DNA of 64,000 nt from Acidobacteriota bacterium (GTDB lineage: Bacteria; Acidobacteriota; UBA890; WLXD01). The position numbers and the translations under genes are program-made. Location of the stretch: the NCBI GenBank assembly GCA_965205505.1, contig CBDBHB010000009.1, positions 2,688,001-2,752,000 on the forward strand, given 5' to 3'. Within the stretch, counting starts at the first letter, position 1, and each line of letters opens with the position of its first letter. A model generated the notes under the pieces. The model saw only the letters and a list, made by a program, of their open reading frames with translations, did not search any database and was not told the origin of the DNA. This document shows positions 62,556 through 64,000 of the stretch, in pieces.

Positions 62556-62822
62556 CTAGGCCGCGCACCGGCATGCGTCGTGGTTGCCGAGCATGATGTG
62601 GTGGTACGCATCGATGCTGCAGTCGCACGCCATCATGTTGGCGTCGCGGATGAGCCTCCAATCGAGCTCCGTGATGCCGTTCCCCAGATGCTCCTGAACC
62701 CGGTGCATGCATGAGCGGAGCTCCTTGACGCACACTGCGCCGGGTGAGCCGGGTACAGAGGCGCCCCCGATGAGCAGCAAAGCGGTGAGGCACAGCAGCG
62801 GGTTGCGCAGCGAATGAGCCAT
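62556..62822 (-). CDS. Small secreted cysteine-rich protein (88 aa)
   Basis: GGGGA RBS-like site, signal peptide, six Cys in the mature part. Confidence 0.6.
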   Translation of the reverse strand: MAHSLRNPLLCLTALLLIGGASVPGSPGAVCVKELRSCMHRVQEHLGNGITELDWRLIRDANMMACDCSIDAYHHIMLGNHDACRCAA

Positions 62823-63001
62823 TGACGTCCCCCAGGACGGGGACGCGGCGCCACCCCCCGTCGCGCCTTGCGCCCAGTCCTCAACCCGCTTTGACGGACA
62901 CCGCTTGGTAGAATCACGAAACGTTCGGGAAGTCCGTAGATAATCTCCACATCTACGCGGATCCGCTTGTCCAGCTCGCCTCATCAGGCGGAGGTTCAAA
63001 C

Positions 63002-64000
63002 GTGCGCGTTCGCCTTGATTCGATCGGCTGTCGGCTCAATATCGGCGAGATGGAGGAGCTCGCCTTGATCTTGGCCGGGCATGGCCACCGCATCGTAGGC
63101 CCGGGTGACGACGCCGACCTGTTCATCTTCAACACCTGCGCCGTTACTCACGTGGCGGCGCGCAAGTCGCGCAAGATCTTGCGTCAGATACGGCGCGATC
63201 ATCCTCACGCCAGCATCGTGGCGACCGGCTGCTACGCCGACCTGTCGGCAGAAGAGGTCGAGAGGCTCGGCGTCGACATGGTGGTCGGAAATCATCAAAA
63301 GGACCAGCTCGCCGACGAGCTTGCCAACGCCGGTTTGCTACACGACGCCGACCCGATCGGCGACGCTGACGCGGCGCCCTTCCCCGTGCCTCATGGTCGG
63401 ACGCGCGCCTTTGTCAAAGTGCAGGATGGCTGCGACAACCGCTGCACCTTCTGCATCGTCACCGTGGCGCGCGGCAACAGCCGGAGTCGGCCGCTCGAGT
63501 CGGTAGTCGCCCAGGTCCGGCATCTGACAGAGATCGGGTATCGAGAGGCGGTGCTGACCGGGGTGCATTTGGGCTCGTACGGGCACGATCGTGACGATCG
63601 ACACGGCCTCGAGAATCTCGTCGCGGCGATCCTCGAGCGCACCGATATTCCACGTCTGAGGCTGTCGTCGCTCGAACCCTGGGACATGCGCCCCGAGCTC
63701 TTCGACCTCTGGAGCGATAGGCGCCTGCAGCCGCATTTGCATCTGCCACTGCAGAGCGGCTGCGATGCCACGCTGCGGCGCATGTCGCGGCGCACCAGCC
63801 AAGTCGAGTTTGCGTCCTTGGTCGCGGCGGCCAATGCGGTGATTCCGGATCTGGCCGTCAGCACCGATGTGATCGTCGGGTTTCCCGGGGAGACCAAGGA
63901 GGACTTTGAAGAGTCGATCGAGTTCGTCGAATCGATGGCCTTCTCGCGGTTGCACGTATTCCGCTATTCGCCGCGGGCAGGCACCGCGGCAGCGCACATG
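63002..64000 (+). CDS. mtaB: tRNA t6A methylthiotransferase MtaB (MiaB-like; runs off the window)
   Basis: Manual translation from GTG 63002: IGCRLN, NTCAVT..A.RKSR, TGCYA, RTRAFVKVQDGCDNRCTFC, LTGVHLG.YG, RLSSLEP. Confidence 0.88.
   Translation, partial: MRVRLDSIGCRLNIGEMEELALILAGHGHRIVGPGDDADLFIFNTCAVTHVAARKSRKILRQIRRDHPHASIVATGCYADLSAEEVERLGVDMVVGNHQKDQLADELANAGLLHDADPIGDADAAPFPVPHGRTRAFVKVQDGCDNRCTFCIVTVARGNSRSRPLESVVAQVRHLTEIGYREAVLTGVHLGSYGHDRDDRHGLENLVAAILERTDIPRLRLSSLEPWDMRPELFDLWSDRRLQPHLHLPLQSGCDATLRRMSRRTSQVEFASLVAAANAVIPDLAVSTDVIVGFPGETKEDFEESIEFVESMAFSRLHVFRYSPRAGTAAAHM

Noticed and set aside
60793-62990. Genomic island or prophage integrated at tRNA-Cys
   Set aside because: No integrase and no duplicated tRNA 3' end were seen, and composition is similar to the flanks.

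Overview
GC-rich bacterial chromosomal segment; gene content is suggestive of Acidobacteriota or a similar lineage (inference only). It holds mostly housekeeping genes: tatC-like, tdk, uvrA, ltaE, aroC, nnr, tsaE, fumC, dinB, moaADE, deoB, a ccm operon, ribF, cysS, yraN, mtaB, tRNA-Gly and tRNA-Cys. Accessory genes are often decayed: comEC, a cyanophycin cluster, a copper amine oxidase, a BlaR1-like gene, and DUF819, DUF4198 and DUF836 genes. Three mobile-DNA layers are visible. (1) An IS3-family element with a doubled end interrupts comEC. (2) A family of about 279-bp CTAG-bounded, two-armed palindromic MITE-like elements shares length, architecture and an internal motif while using different terminal repeats, and mostly sits on stop or start codons. 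(3) An IS110-superfamily (IS1111-type) element is inserted into the end of one of these MITEs, and its 3' non-coding end carries a readable bridge/seekRNA-like loop whose two guides match the insertion site. No CRISPR array or rRNA was seen. All calls come from reading the sequence and recognising motifs; no database searches were run.
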